Origin: an uncultured Gemmatimonadales bacterium
GTDB lineage: Bacteria; Gemmatimonadota; Gemmatimonadetes; Gemmatimonadales; GWC2-71-9
DNA: 64,000 nucleotides
Direction of reading: 5' to 3'
Assembly: GCA_963695555.1 (NCBI GenBank)
Contig: CAVOGR010000007.1
Coordinates: forward strand, 672,001 to 736,000
Below, piece after piece: positions 9,480 to 18,924 of the stretch (within the stretch, counting starts at the first letter, position 1; every line of letters starts with the position of its first letter). The notes beneath the pieces are model-generated. The model had not been told where the DNA came from. It did not search any database and worked only from the letters and a program-made list of their open reading frames with translations. Position numbers and translations under genes: made by a program.

Positions 9480-12100
9480 TGCCCGCCGACACCCCGCACG
9501 ATTCCGATCGCGAGACGGCCAGGGTCTAGAAACGACGCGGCCATGGCACGGATGTCTTCCGCGCCGACCGCGCGATAGTCGGGCGCAGGGTCCCCAAGCT
9601 CTTCGAGTCCCTCGCCCGAGAGCCAGGCATCTCGGATTTCCGCCACCACGCTCGCCCCAATCTGGCGCCGCACCTCGGCCTGCCCGGTCACGTAGTTGAT
9701 CGCCTGATCCAGCTCCGCTCCGCCCACCAGCTCGCGGCCGAAGACCCCCAGTTCGTCGAGCATCGCCTGCCGAGCTTCCTCTTCCCGCTCGGGAGACGTC
9801 GCTATGTACCCTGCCAGCGCCCCTGCGTTTCGACGCAGCCAAGGCGTCGCCACCACGGTGTACGCCAACGAGCGCCGCTCCCGCAGCGCTTCGAACAGCC
9901 GCCCGCCCAACCCACTGGCCACGGCGGCCCAGACCTCGGCCACGTGGCGCTGCCTGTCTGGGCGTGACGGACCGGGGAACAAGAAGGCCAGCGCCGACTG
10001 GGCCTTGTCGCGCTCCGAGGTGCGCTCCACGGGTCCATCGTGCACGGCCCAGGGTCCCTCGAGCCCATCACCCGGCCGACCGGCACCCGGCCATGCGTCG
10101 AAGATGGCTGCCAGCTCGCCCAGCGCCCGCTCTGGCTCGAAGTCGCCCACCGCAACCGCGAGCAGCCGAGTCCGCCCGAGCCACTCGCCGTGCCACGACG
10201 CGACGTCCGCGCCCGCGAGCGCCTCCACGGTGGTGGGAAGGCCCACTGACGGGAGGCCATAGCCTCTGTCGGAGAAGGCGCACCGGAAGGCGAGTTGAAA
10301 TGGATAGCGAAACATGTCGTCCGATACCTGCCGCGACTCGGCGAGCAGGACAGTGCGCTCCTCCTCGACCGCCGCCGGCGCGAAACTCGGCTCCGACAGG
10401 GTCCGGCGGAGCAAGAGCGCGGCGGGCGCCAAATGGTCGACGAGCACGGACGTATCGAGTCCACTCCAATCGCTCGAGACCCGCGGCACTACCGCCCCGC
10501 CAAGGCGCTCGAAGGCGAACGCCAAACCGGCTGCATCCATCCCTGCGGCACCTCGCACCACAGAGCGGAGGGTCAAGGCGCCCAGGCCGGCTGCTTCGGG
10601 CGGATCGAACGCGTGGCGCAGCGCATACACCCCAACCGTGGCGAGCGGCGCTCCCGGTTTGCGGCGGACCAACACATCCACTCCTGGAAGTGCCGCGTGA
10701 TACACCGCGTGACGAACTTCGGGCTCGACCACCACCGCAGCCGGAGCCTCGAGATCGAGGTTGGGCGGACTCGTAATCGGCCGAATCGTGACATCGGTGA
10801 ACAGTTGCTCGAGCTCGTCGGCCTGCAGCTCCAGGGTGGCCTCTCTCGGCACCTGTGCCAAGACCGCGAGCTGCGCGGGTCGAAGGTAGCGGGCCGCCGC
10901 CTCGCGCACCTCGTCGGCCGTGACCCCGACGAGCCGGGCATACTGATCATCCAGTACATCCACGTCGCGCAGCGCCTCGGCACCGGCAAGCGCCGAGGCG
11001 CGGCCCTCCATGGGCTCGAACCCGCGGGCCCACCGCATCAGGACCAGGCGGCGCGCCCGTTCGAGGTCGGCCTCGCTCACGCGCTCCTGGCCCAGGCGGC
11101 CGACCGCCTGGGCAATCTGGTCGAGCGCGGGCGCCACATTCTCCGGACGCAGCTCTGCCCCAATGGTGAACATGCCAAGTTCGGTGGGGGCGAAGTGTCC
11201 CGCCGACACCGCCGTCACGAGCCCCCGCTCGCGGAGGGTGCGATACAGCCAGCTGCCCCGTCCGTCCGTCAACACCGCCGCCGCGACGTCGAGGGCGGCG
11301 GCGTCCGGATCGAGCGGCGGTACGCCCGGCCAGCCGCAGAGCAGTTGTGCAAGCGTGATGTCCCCGCGCAACGTCTCGACGCGAAGCCCGGAGTGCGGCG
11401 GCTCGTCGGGAGACGGCTCGAGCGGCACCGTTCGAGACGGCCACGCCGCGTAATGCTCGCGGGCCAGGTCGAGCGCCTCGGCCTCGTCGATGTCGCCAAC
11501 GATGCTCACAATGGTGCGCGACGGAACGTAACGCGACGTGTAGTAGGCCCATACGTCGGCCCGGGTCAGTCGGGAAAGCTGCTCCTCGGTGCCGATCCTC
11601 CACCGCCGGATCCGGTGCCGGTCGAACATCAGGGCGTGGAGTCTTTCGCGCGCCACCGCGGCCGGCGTGTCGAGCTTTCGCTTGGCCTCTTCGATGATGA
11701 CCCGAAGTTCGCGCGTCAATTCGCCTTCATCGATGAGGGCATGCTGCAGCGCGTCCGCCTGGACCCGGAGCCCGGCGGCCAGCGACCGAGCTGGGAGCAC
11801 CGCGTAGTAGATGGTGAAGTCGTAGGAGGTCCCGGCATTGAGATACCCGCCGGCCGCTTTGGTTTGCCGGGCAATCTCTCCGACGCCGCGCGACGGCGTC
11901 CCCTTGAAGAACATGTGCTCCAGCACGTGGGAGATTCCCACCCACTTGTCGGGCTCATCGAAGAACCCCGCCTTCACATGTGTGACGATGCCAACCACCG
12001 GGGCCGACGGATCGCGCTGCACCACGACGGTGAGGCCGTTCGGCAGCACCTCTCGGCGTACGCCGGTAGTCCAGGTGGCGCGCGTCGAGGCGACACTCAT
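9476..12100 (-). CDS. M16 (pitrilysin-family) zinc peptidase, fused two-module form
   Basis: Inverted zincin HVLEH, NAGT; second module with GRLFEALRERRSLAY. Confidence 0.93.
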   Translation of the reverse strand: MSVASTRATWTTGVRREVLPNGLTVVVQRDPSAPVVGIVTHVKAGFFDEPDKWVGISHVLEHMFFKGTPSRGVGEIARQTKAAGGYLNAGTSYDFTIYYAVLPARSLAAGLRVQADALQHALIDEGELTRELRVIIEEAKRKLDTPAAVARERLHALMFDRHRIRRWRIGTEEQLSRLTRADVWAYYTSRYVPSRTIVSIVGDIDEAEALDLAREHYAAWPSRTVPLEPSPDEPPHSGLRVETLRGDITLAQLLCGWPGVPPLDPDAAALDVAAAVLTDGRGSWLYRTLRERGLVTAVSAGHFAPTELGMFTIGAELRPENVAPALDQIAQAVGRLGQERVSEADLERARRLVLMRWARGFEPMEGRASALAGAEALRDVDVLDDQYARLVGVTADEVREAAARYLRPAQLAVLAQVPREATLELQADELEQLFTDVTIRPITSPPNLDLEAPAAVVVEPEVRHAVYHAALPGVDVLVRRKPGAPLATVGVYALRHAFDPPEAAGLGALTLRSVVRGAAGMDAAGLAFAFERLGGAVVPRVSSDWSGLDTSVLVDHLAPAALLLRRTLSEPSFAPAAVEEERTVLLAESRQVSDDMFRYPFQLAFRCAFSDRGYGLPSVGLPTTVEALAGADVASWHGEWLGRTRLLAVAVGDFEPERALGELAAIFDAWPGAGRPGDGLEGPWAVHDGPVERTSERDKAQSALAFLFPGPSRPDRQRHVAEVWAAVASGLGGRLFEALRERRSLAYTVVATPWLRRNAGALAGYIATSPEREEEARQAMLDELGVFGRELVGGAELDQAINYVTGQAEVRRQIGASVVAEIRDAWLSGEGLEELGDPAPDYRAVGAEDIRAMAASFLDPGRLAIGIVRGVGGH

Positions 12101-12169
12101 GCCGGGCTCGGGAGCGTTGTGGTGGGGATCATGATTCGACGGGCTGGAGGGCGGTGCCGGGACGGCGCC

Positions 12170-13288
12170 TCACCGAATGATGCGCAGCACGCCGGCCCGT
12201 GCGCTTCCGCGGATGAACGCCTCGGCGTCGGTCAGCGGGATTACGACACCGGTCTCGGCGCGCCCGCGTCGGGCCACGCTGGCCATGAACTCGCCCATCG
12301 AGACGGCGGCCAGCTCTCCGTCCGCGGATTTCATCTGCACCAGGATCTCGTCCCACGTGCCCTTGAACAGGTGACCGGCCAATGTGGCCACGATGTGGGA
12401 ATCTCCCGGACTGCCGCGGCGCAGCATGCTCTGGGGGTCCGTCACCAATGCCCCGAAGAGTTCGAGTTGGTGGGGGTTGCGAATCGAGCCGTCGGGCTGC
12501 TGCGATTCGAGCTCGGCCAGCAGGATGTCGATGTCCTCGCGTTCCCCGGCAACGCCGGCCAGGCGCTCGAGCCACGGCCGGAGCGAAGGATCGCCGTCCG
12601 TCAACCGACGACAGGTCTTCTTCAGGTCGATGGTCCGCCACAGGGACAGTTCGTCATAATGATCGTCCGGAATCGTTTGCTCGAAATGATGCAGCGCGGC
12701 GTCCGACTCGCCGCGATCGTACAGCAGATTGGCGAGGTAGATCCGGGCCTCCGCATGATGCGATTCGAGTGCGAGGGCTCGCCGCAGCCAGAAGAAGGCG
12801 GCACCCTCCCGCCCGAGCCGGTGCGACACATAGCCAACACACGCCGAGGCGTCCGCCGAGTCGGGATGGGCCGTCACCCCGTACTCGAAATACCGAAGGG
12901 CCTGGGCCACCAACCCGTCGCGAAACAGCGCCCGCCCAATCTGCAGCATCAAGTCGTGATCGTCACGGAAGCCCAACTCGAGCACTCGCTCAAAATGCTC
13001 CAACGCGTCGGTGCGCTGCCCCAGCTGGAGCAACACCTCGCCGTAGCCGGCCAGGGCGTCCTCGTGATCGGGATCGAGTCCCAACGCGCGTCGGAAGCTC
13101 TGCCGCGCCCACGCATATTCCTCGCGCACGAGATACGCGTAGGACATCCCAACATGAAGCTCGGTGGCGTGCGGATAGAGCCCGGTGCCTTCCTTGAGAA
13201 GACCTAGGGCATCGTCATAGCGTCCTTCGTTGTACAGTCGGTGGGCCAGTTCATCGTATTCGTCGGAGCTCATGAAGCGAGCCGACAT
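12170..13288 (-). CDS. tetratricopeptide-repeat protein with C-terminal domain of unknown function
   Basis: Multiple TPR consensus repeats; GGAGG SD; TTGCTC-N17-TACCTT promoter upstream. Confidence 0.85.
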   Translation of the reverse strand: MSARFMSSDEYDELAHRLYNEGRYDDALGLLKEGTGLYPHATELHVGMSYAYLVREEYAWARQSFRRALGLDPDHEDALAGYGEVLLQLGQRTDALEHFERVLELGFRDDHDLMLQIGRALFRDGLVAQALRYFEYGVTAHPDSADASACVGYVSHRLGREGAAFFWLRRALALESHHAEARIYLANLLYDRGESDAALHHFEQTIPDDHYDELSLWRTIDLKKTCRRLTDGDPSLRPWLERLAGVAGEREDIDILLAELESQQPDGSIRNPHQLELFGALVTDPQSMLRRGSPGDSHIVATLAGHLFKGTWDEILVQMKSADGELAAVSMGEFMASVARRGRAETGVVIPLTDAEAFIRGSARAGVLRIIR

Positions 13289-13393
13289 CGGCAGGGCCTC
13301 CGTGGTGGTGTTTGCAAAGGTAGGAGCATCCGAAGAGACGAGCAAGAGAGTGGAGCAGACCGAAGTCGGAAAGTGGGAGGTCGGTTCTCATAT

Positions 13394-13419
13394 GGCGGGT
13401 ATGCGACAGGATACCCACC
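13394..13419 (-). terminator. hairpin downstream of pruA (possible terminator)
   Basis: Minus strand GGTGGGTAT-loop-ATACCCGCC; weak U-tract. Confidence 0.35.
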
Positions 13420-13548
13420 TGTGCAGTAAGCGGTGGTCGCCGTAGCGTGCCGCGACGCGCAAACGTCGGAGTCATCTGATTGGGGCAAGGAAGGCCATAG
13501 TCCGGCTGCCGAGCGAAGCCACACGCTCGGGTGTGCCGAATCGCTCAG

Positions 13549-15177
13549 TTACTCCGACTCCATGTACGGATATCGATAATCCTTGGGCGGATCGAAGGTC
13601 TCCTTGATGGTTTGGGGCGAAATCCACCGCAGTAGATTGAATGTCGACCCTGCCTTGTCGTTGGTGCCGCTCGCCCGGCCACCTCCGAAGGGCTGCTGGC
13701 CAACGACGGCGCCGGTCGGCTTGTCGTTGACGTAGAAGTTGCCGGCGGCGAAGCGGAGCGCCCGGCTGGCCTCGAGGACGGCTCCCCGATCCTGGGCAAA
13801 GACGGCGCCGGTGAGGGCGTACGGGCTGGTCCGGTCCGTGAGGGCAAGCATGTCCGCCCACGCGGCATCGGGATAGACGTACACCGTCAGCACCGGACCG
13901 AACATCTCCTCGCACATGGCCACATTGGCGGGGTCGTCGACCCGGAGCAGCGTCGGCTGGATGAAGTAGCCCTCGCTGTCGTCGGATCCGCCGCCCGCCA
14001 CTACCTCGACCTTCGGGTCTTGCTTGGCGGCCGCGATGTACGTGGTGATGCTGGTGAACGCCTTCCGGTCGATCACCGCACCCATGAAGGTTTGGAAATC
14101 GGCCACGTCGCCCATCCGGATGTCCGCGATCATATCGGTGACTCGTTCGCGCACGGCCGGCCAAATCGACTTCGGGATGTACGCCCGCGAGGCGGCACTG
14201 CATTTCTGGCCCTGGTATTCATAGGCCCCCCGCACCATCGCCACGGCGAGCGCGTCGACATCCGCACTCGCATGGGCCACGATGAAATCCTTCCCTCCGG
14301 TCTCACCGACCAGCCGGGGATAGCTCGCGTAATCCGAGAGATGCTCTGACACGGTGCGCCACAGCATCCGGAAGACGCCGGTCGACCCGGTGAAGTGGAT
14401 ACCGGCCAGGTGGCGGTGCGCGAGCACCTGCTTCGTAATCGCCCCGGAATTCCCGGACACAAAGTTGATGACGCCGGGCGGCAGCCCGGCCTCTTCCAGA
14501 ATCTTGAACAGGTAGTAGTTGCTCAGCGTCGCGGTCCGCGCCGGCTTCCAGAACACCACGTTGCCGAGAATGGCGGGGGCCGTGGGAAGATTGCCGCCGA
14601 TGGAAGTGAAGTTGAACGGCGTGATGGCGTATACGAACCCTTCCAGCGGGCGATAGTCCATCCGGTTCCACACCCCGGGGCCCGACGTCGGCTGCGCTGC
14701 GAGCAGTCGTTCGGCGAAATACACGTTGAACCGCAGGAAGTCGATCATCTCGCAGGCGCTGTCGATCTCCGCCTGATGGGACGTCTTGCTCTGGCCCAAC
14801 ATCGTCGCCGCGTTGACGGTCTGCCGCCACGGTCCGGCCAACAACTCGGCCGCCTTGAGAAAGACCGCCGCCCGATCCGAGAACGACCACCGTGCCCACT
14901 CGCGTTGCGCCTCCACGGCGCTGGTGATCGCGGACGCGATGGTTGCCTCGTCCGCTTCGTGCACCGTGGCGAGCACGTGACGGAGATTGTGCGGCGCGAC
15001 GACGTCCCGGGTGGTGCTCGAACGCACCTCGCGGCCCGCCACGACGCATGGGAGGTCGGCCCGCTCGGCACTCATCCGGGCGAGGACCGCCGTGAGGTCG
15101 GCACGCTCGGGTGTGCCCGGCGCATACGATGAGACCGGCTCGTTGTGCGGAGCTGGGATATTGGGAAAGACGCTCAT
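13549..15177 (-). CDS. pruA: L-glutamate gamma-semialdehyde (P5C) dehydrogenase
   Basis: ITPFNF, FTGST, GETGGK, EYQGQKCSA, EEMFGP, NDKPTGAVVGQQPFGG.R.SGTNDKAG. Confidence 0.95.
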   Translation of the reverse strand: MSVFPNIPAPHNEPVSSYAPGTPERADLTAVLARMSAERADLPCVVAGREVRSSTTRDVVAPHNLRHVLATVHEADEATIASAITSAVEAQREWARWSFSDRAAVFLKAAELLAGPWRQTVNAATMLGQSKTSHQAEIDSACEMIDFLRFNVYFAERLLAAQPTSGPGVWNRMDYRPLEGFVYAITPFNFTSIGGNLPTAPAILGNVVFWKPARTATLSNYYLFKILEEAGLPPGVINFVSGNSGAITKQVLAHRHLAGIHFTGSTGVFRMLWRTVSEHLSDYASYPRLVGETGGKDFIVAHASADVDALAVAMVRGAYEYQGQKCSAASRAYIPKSIWPAVRERVTDMIADIRMGDVADFQTFMGAVIDRKAFTSITTYIAAAKQDPKVEVVAGGGSDDSEGYFIQPTLLRVDDPANVAMCEEMFGPVLTVYVYPDAAWADMLALTDRTSPYALTGAVFAQDRGAVLEASRALRFAAGNFYVNDKPTGAVVGQQPFGGGRASGTNDKAGSTFNLLRWISPQTIKETFDPPKDYRYPYMESE

Positions 15178-15229
15178 GGTCGAACCGCTTGCGGTGCGGG
15201 TGGATGATGCGGGGTTTCAGATTGGGGGG

Positions 15230-15258
15230 AGATTAGACGCTTTCGATCCGACTGGCAA
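15230..15258 (-). promoter_or_regulatory. sigma70-like promoter for pruA
   Basis: TTGCCA-N17-TAATCT on minus strand. Confidence 0.55.
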
Positions 15259-15269
15259 CACTCGCTCCA

Positions 15270-16283
15270 CTACGGTGCACGGAGGTCCACGAACAGGCCC
15301 CGCACGCTCGCCGGCGGGACCCCAGGCCCGCCTGCGACCGGCCGCTCGAGCGGGGTGAGATTCGCCCCCTCCAAAATGGCGCGCCCATCGTCCGAGACGA
15401 TGAACGCGACGAAGGCCGCCGCCACGTCGGGGTGGGGTGCGTCTCGCGGGATGGTGAGCGCATACGCGATCGGGGCGCCTCGAAACTCCAGCGAATCACG
15501 CCCGGCCAAGGTGGCACCGGGTAGACGAACCGTCGCGCTGTGGTACCAGTCCGCCAGCGTAGGGTCGCCCAGCGTCACCTCGGGGGGCAAGGCCACGAAG
15601 GGCAATCCGTGCACCTTGGCCAGCGACGTGTAGGTCCACGCGTAATCCAGCTCGCCGAGCTGAACGAGGGCAATGAGATCGGCGCTCATGCCCCGCATGT
15701 ACCGTGGATCGGCCGCCGCGTTCAGCCGCACTGCGAGCCCGGGCTCCTGGTAGTGACGCTCCGCGAGTTGGAACGCCATGAGTGTGCGGTAGCCCGCCGG
15801 ATCCAACGCCGGATCGGCAAATCCCCAGCGCACGCCGGGGCGCTGGAGCACCCGGTACCAGTTCTGGCCGGTTATCTCGGCTGCCCCCACCGATTCTCTC
15901 GAGTACATCAGCGTCAAGGAGTTGGTCGCGAAGGTGGCATACCAGGTCGCGAATCGTGGAACGAGCAGTTTGGGAATGACGGTATAGTCGGCGACGGCGA
16001 GAACGTCGGGGATCTTCCCCAATTCTGAAAGCTTCCTGGCCGCAGCCAGGCTCCCCGAATTCTCCTGGGCCGGCTTCACCCCTGGGTGCCGACTGGCGAA
16101 CGCACGCAGCAACCGGTTGAACGGCACGGCCAGGCTGCCCGCGTTGTACACCTCGAGCGGACCCGAAACCGGCTCCTGCGCCCCGAGCGGAACGCCCGCA
16201 CCAAACGCCGCAAATAGCGTGAGCCAAAGCCAGCGCAGGCGGCAGGCGGGCCAAATTGCGCGGCTCAGAACTCGACGTGCCAC
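15270..16283 (-). CDS. tungstate/molybdate ABC transporter substrate-binding protein, WtpA-like (start uncertain)
   Basis: Signal peptide; NAGSL, ENSGS..AARK, DVLAVADY, DP.LDPAGYRT motifs. Confidence 0.85.
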   Translation of the reverse strand: MARRVLSRAIWPACRLRWLWLTLFAAFGAGVPLGAQEPVSGPLEVYNAGSLAVPFNRLLRAFASRHPGVKPAQENSGSLAAARKLSELGKIPDVLAVADYTVIPKLLVPRFATWYATFATNSLTLMYSRESVGAAEITGQNWYRVLQRPGVRWGFADPALDPAGYRTLMAFQLAERHYQEPGLAVRLNAAADPRYMRGMSADLIALVQLGELDYAWTYTSLAKVHGLPFVALPPEVTLGDPTLADWYHSATVRLPGATLAGRDSLEFRGAPIAYALTIPRDAPHPDVAAAFVAFIVSDDGRAILEGANLTPLERPVAGGPGVPPASVRGLFVDLRAP

Positions 16284-17026
16284 GCGACGCTCAAGCCCCG
16301 AGGCCCGGCAGCGACTCCGGGCGGCCGGATCCCGAAGACCCGCCAATGCCCGTTCGCGACCTTGGCGGAGAACACCCCGAGCATGGCACCCGCGGCGACG
16401 TCACTCAACCAATGTTTGTTGTCGTTCATGCGGGACCACGCGACCAATCCTGCCCCGCTGTAGAGCACCGCCGTGGCCCACGGCCGCCGAATTTCGTCCG
16501 ACAACGATGTGGCGATACCGAACGCCACTGACGTGTGACCCGATGGGAAGGCCTGCGCACCACTGAAGGGATGGAAGCTGGTGGCGCTGGTCCCGCTGAG
16601 CGGCCGATCCCGCCCGGTCGCCAGCTTGCCCACCTGGGTCAGGCCGCCGGCGATCGCCAACGTCAGCGCGAGGCGACCCCCCGCCCTGGTCACTCGCGTG
16701 TCGCCGGAGATGAGCCCGGCCGCGACGGTGCCCCCGACGAGGCTGAGGTACACCGCCGGCTCACCAAACGCTCGGACACCTGCCAGGTCATCCAGGGTCG
16801 CGGTTCGGTTGTCCTGCACGAAGTCAGACACCGGGTCGTCGACCACCATCAACAGCGCCGCCCCGCCGAGCACCAGCACCGGCTGCCACCAGCGGATCGT
16901 CGCCGAAGGCTCGGGCAGCCGCTCTGCCTGCGCCCACAGGAGAGCGGGCTGGGCCACGGTCCCCAGCGTCAGGACCAAACAGAGCCAGGCTGTAGGGCAC
17001 CGAGTGAATGGCGGGTGCAGCTGCAT
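16265..17026 (-). CDS. PAP2-family phosphatase
   Basis: K....GRDRP, FPSGH, SRM....HWLSDV motifs. Confidence 0.9.
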   Translation of the reverse strand: MQLHPPFTRCPTAWLCLVLTLGTVAQPALLWAQAERLPEPSATIRWWQPVLVLGGAALLMVVDDPVSDFVQDNRTATLDDLAGVRAFGEPAVYLSLVGGTVAAGLISGDTRVTRAGGRLALTLAIAGGLTQVGKLATGRDRPLSGTSATSFHPFSGAQAFPSGHTSVAFGIATSLSDEIRRPWATAVLYSGAGLVAWSRMNDNKHWLSDVAAGAMLGVFSAKVANGHWRVFGIRPPGVAAGPRGLSVAWHVEF

Positions 17027-17107
17027 GCGAACCCTTGGTAGATCCCGATCTATACGATACAATTGGAGCATTCTCCTAGCCAATGGCGTCAAACCGGGCA
17101 CCGACTG

Positions 17108-17497
17108 ATGAAGCGCGGATACGCAATCTTAATAGCAGCGGTACTCTTCGGCGGCTGCCGAAGCTACGACCGCTACACTCCGCTGGTCGATCAAGACGGG
17201 CTCATACCGGCCGACCGGTTCGCCCTCTACGGCCACGAGCAGGCCCAGGTGATTGCCATCGGACGGGAGTTCGGCTCGGCGCTCGCCACCAAGTCCGCCG
17301 AGGGGTTCGCGGAGCAGACTGCGGCCGCCGTCGCGTACGCGACATCCTTGCCGGACGTCGTCGCGGTCCAAGCGGACACGATCGGTCACTTGCTGACCGT
17401 CACCTTCCGCAGCGGGTGGCGTACCGCGGTCCTTCCCATTGCGGATGGCAAACGCGGCAGCGAAACCGAGGGCCTGCCGCCCGGCGCCCGCCAATGA
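17108..17497 (+). CDS. hypothetical lipoprotein
   Basis: MKRGYAILIAAVLFGG|C lipobox; TTGGTA-N17-TACAAT promoter upstream. Confidence 0.8.
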   Translation: MKRGYAILIAAVLFGGCRSYDRYTPLVDQDGLIPADRFALYGHEQAQVIAIGREFGSALATKSAEGFAEQTAAAVAYATSLPDVVAVQADTIGHLLTVTFRSGWRTAVLPIADGKRGSETEGLPPGARQ

Positions 17498-17519
17498 GCG
17501 CAACACCCGGGCCCGCGGC

Positions 17520-17852
17520 GTGACCCAGATCCTGCAGGTTACGACCACGCTCGAAGATCGCGCCGGGGCCGAGCACCTTGCCAACACCCTGGTCCGGGAA
17601 CGGCTCGCGGCCTGCGCCCAAGTGGCAGGCCCCATCACCAGCACCTATTGGTGGAACGGGGAAGTGACCACGACCACCGAATGGTATTGCCATTTCAAGA
17701 CAACCAAGGATCGGTTTCCGGCGCTTCGGGAACGCATCGTTCGGCTGCACCCGGCCTCGGTACCGGAACTGATCGCGCTGCCCGTGTTCGGAGGGCACGC
17801 CGAGTATCTCCAATGGGTGGAGACTGAAGTCCGCGCCGACGCGGCCAAGTAG
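17520..17852 (+). CDS. cutA: divalent-cation tolerance protein CutA
   Basis: LVRERLAACAQ...ITSTYWWNG, KT, HP..VPELIALP, YLQW. Confidence 0.92.
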   Translation: MTQILQVTTTLEDRAGAEHLANTLVRERLAACAQVAGPITSTYWWNGEVTTTTEWYCHFKTTKDRFPALRERIVRLHPASVPELIALPVFGGHAEYLQWVETEVRADAAK

Positions 17853-17900
17853 TCGCTGCCGGGTCCGGCCCGTTCACCCTCTCTCGAAGGTGGGATGCCC

Positions 17901-18623
17901 ATGACCTCCTCACCCGAGCCACAAGCCTCCTCTTCCTGGTGGGAAGACTTCCTCGAGATCTTCGTTGCCCCGAGCAAGGTGTTCGCCCGGCGGGAGAAGT
18001 CGAACTTCCTCCTACCCCTCGTCGTTCTCACTGTGCTCATTACGGTGGTGTTCCTGGGAACGCGAGGAGCGATTCAGCCGGCCTACCAGGCGGATGGCGC
18101 GCGACGCATGGCCGCTGCTCTGGAGGCGAATCCACAGCTCACAGCTGAGGCGCTCGAAAGTGGGGCCCGCACCATGGAGCGGTTCATCCCGGTTATTGTC
18201 TTCGTCGCAATGCCGATAACGATCCTCCTCACCGGTCTCTTACTGTGGGTCGCGGGCAAGTTCGTAGGCGCCAAGCAGGCCCTCGGCGCGGCCATGGTTG
18301 TCGCCACGTTCGCCAACTTCCCCAGACTGATCCAATCCCTCGTGCACGGCATCCAAGGGCTCGTGCTCCCGGCTGAGTCGCTCGACGGTATGTCCAGCCT
18401 GAGCATCGGCCCCGCCCGGTTCCTCGACCCGAATCTGGCGTCCCCACTGACGCTCGCGTTGGCCATGCGGGCTGATGTGTTCATCATCTGGGTCACCGTA
18501 CTACTGGCCATCGGCCTCAAGGTGACGGGCCGAGTCACCATGGCCGCGGCGGCCGCGGCGGCCGCCGTGGTTTACGTGGTCGGTGCGTTCCCCACGATCT
18601 TGGGCGCGCTACGCGCGGGATAG
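17901..18623 (+). CDS. Yip1-family membrane protein
   Basis: IFVAPSKVF N-terminal motif and 5 TM segments. Confidence 0.8.
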   Translation: MTSSPEPQASSSWWEDFLEIFVAPSKVFARREKSNFLLPLVVLTVLITVVFLGTRGAIQPAYQADGARRMAAALEANPQLTAEALESGARTMERFIPVIVFVAMPITILLTGLLLWVAGKFVGAKQALGAAMVVATFANFPRLIQSLVHGIQGLVLPAESLDGMSSLSIGPARFLDPNLASPLTLALAMRADVFIIWVTVLLAIGLKVTGRVTMAAAAAAAAVVYVVGAFPTILGALRAG

Positions 18624-18635
18624 GAGAAGCGGATC

Positions 18636-18905
18636 ATGAGCAGCGGGAAGGTCGCAACGATCGTTGCCATCGTGGCATTCGTCGTCCTGTTGCTCTGGTC
18701 GACCCTGTCGGCTCAACGGGTAGAGTGCGAAGTCTGCGTCGAGTTCCAGGGCCGGCGAAACTGCGCCACCGCGTCGGCCGCCACCGAGGACGAGGCCGCG
18801 CGCTCGGCCCAGACGACCGCGTGCGGTACGCTGGCCGGCGGTATGGCGGAAACGGTGTTCTGCGGCAACGCGACCCCGACGAGCCGCCGCTGCGCGCGGC
18901 GCTAG
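18636..18905 (+). CDS. small membrane-anchored/exported 6-cysteine protein
   Basis: AGGAG SD, N-terminal TM, six Cys. Confidence 0.8.
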   Translation: MSSGKVATIVAIVAFVVLLLWSTLSAQRVECEVCVEFQGRRNCATASAATEDEAARSAQTTACGTLAGGMAETVFCGNATPTSRRCARR

Positions 18906-18924
18906 GAGGCGCCGGCCAACATCC

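Noticed and set aside
10295..13207. 970-aa plus-strand ORF and many other long overlapping ORFs
   Set aside because: Typical stop-poor antisense or alternate frames in high-GC DNA; no motifs, and they lie opposite well-supported genes
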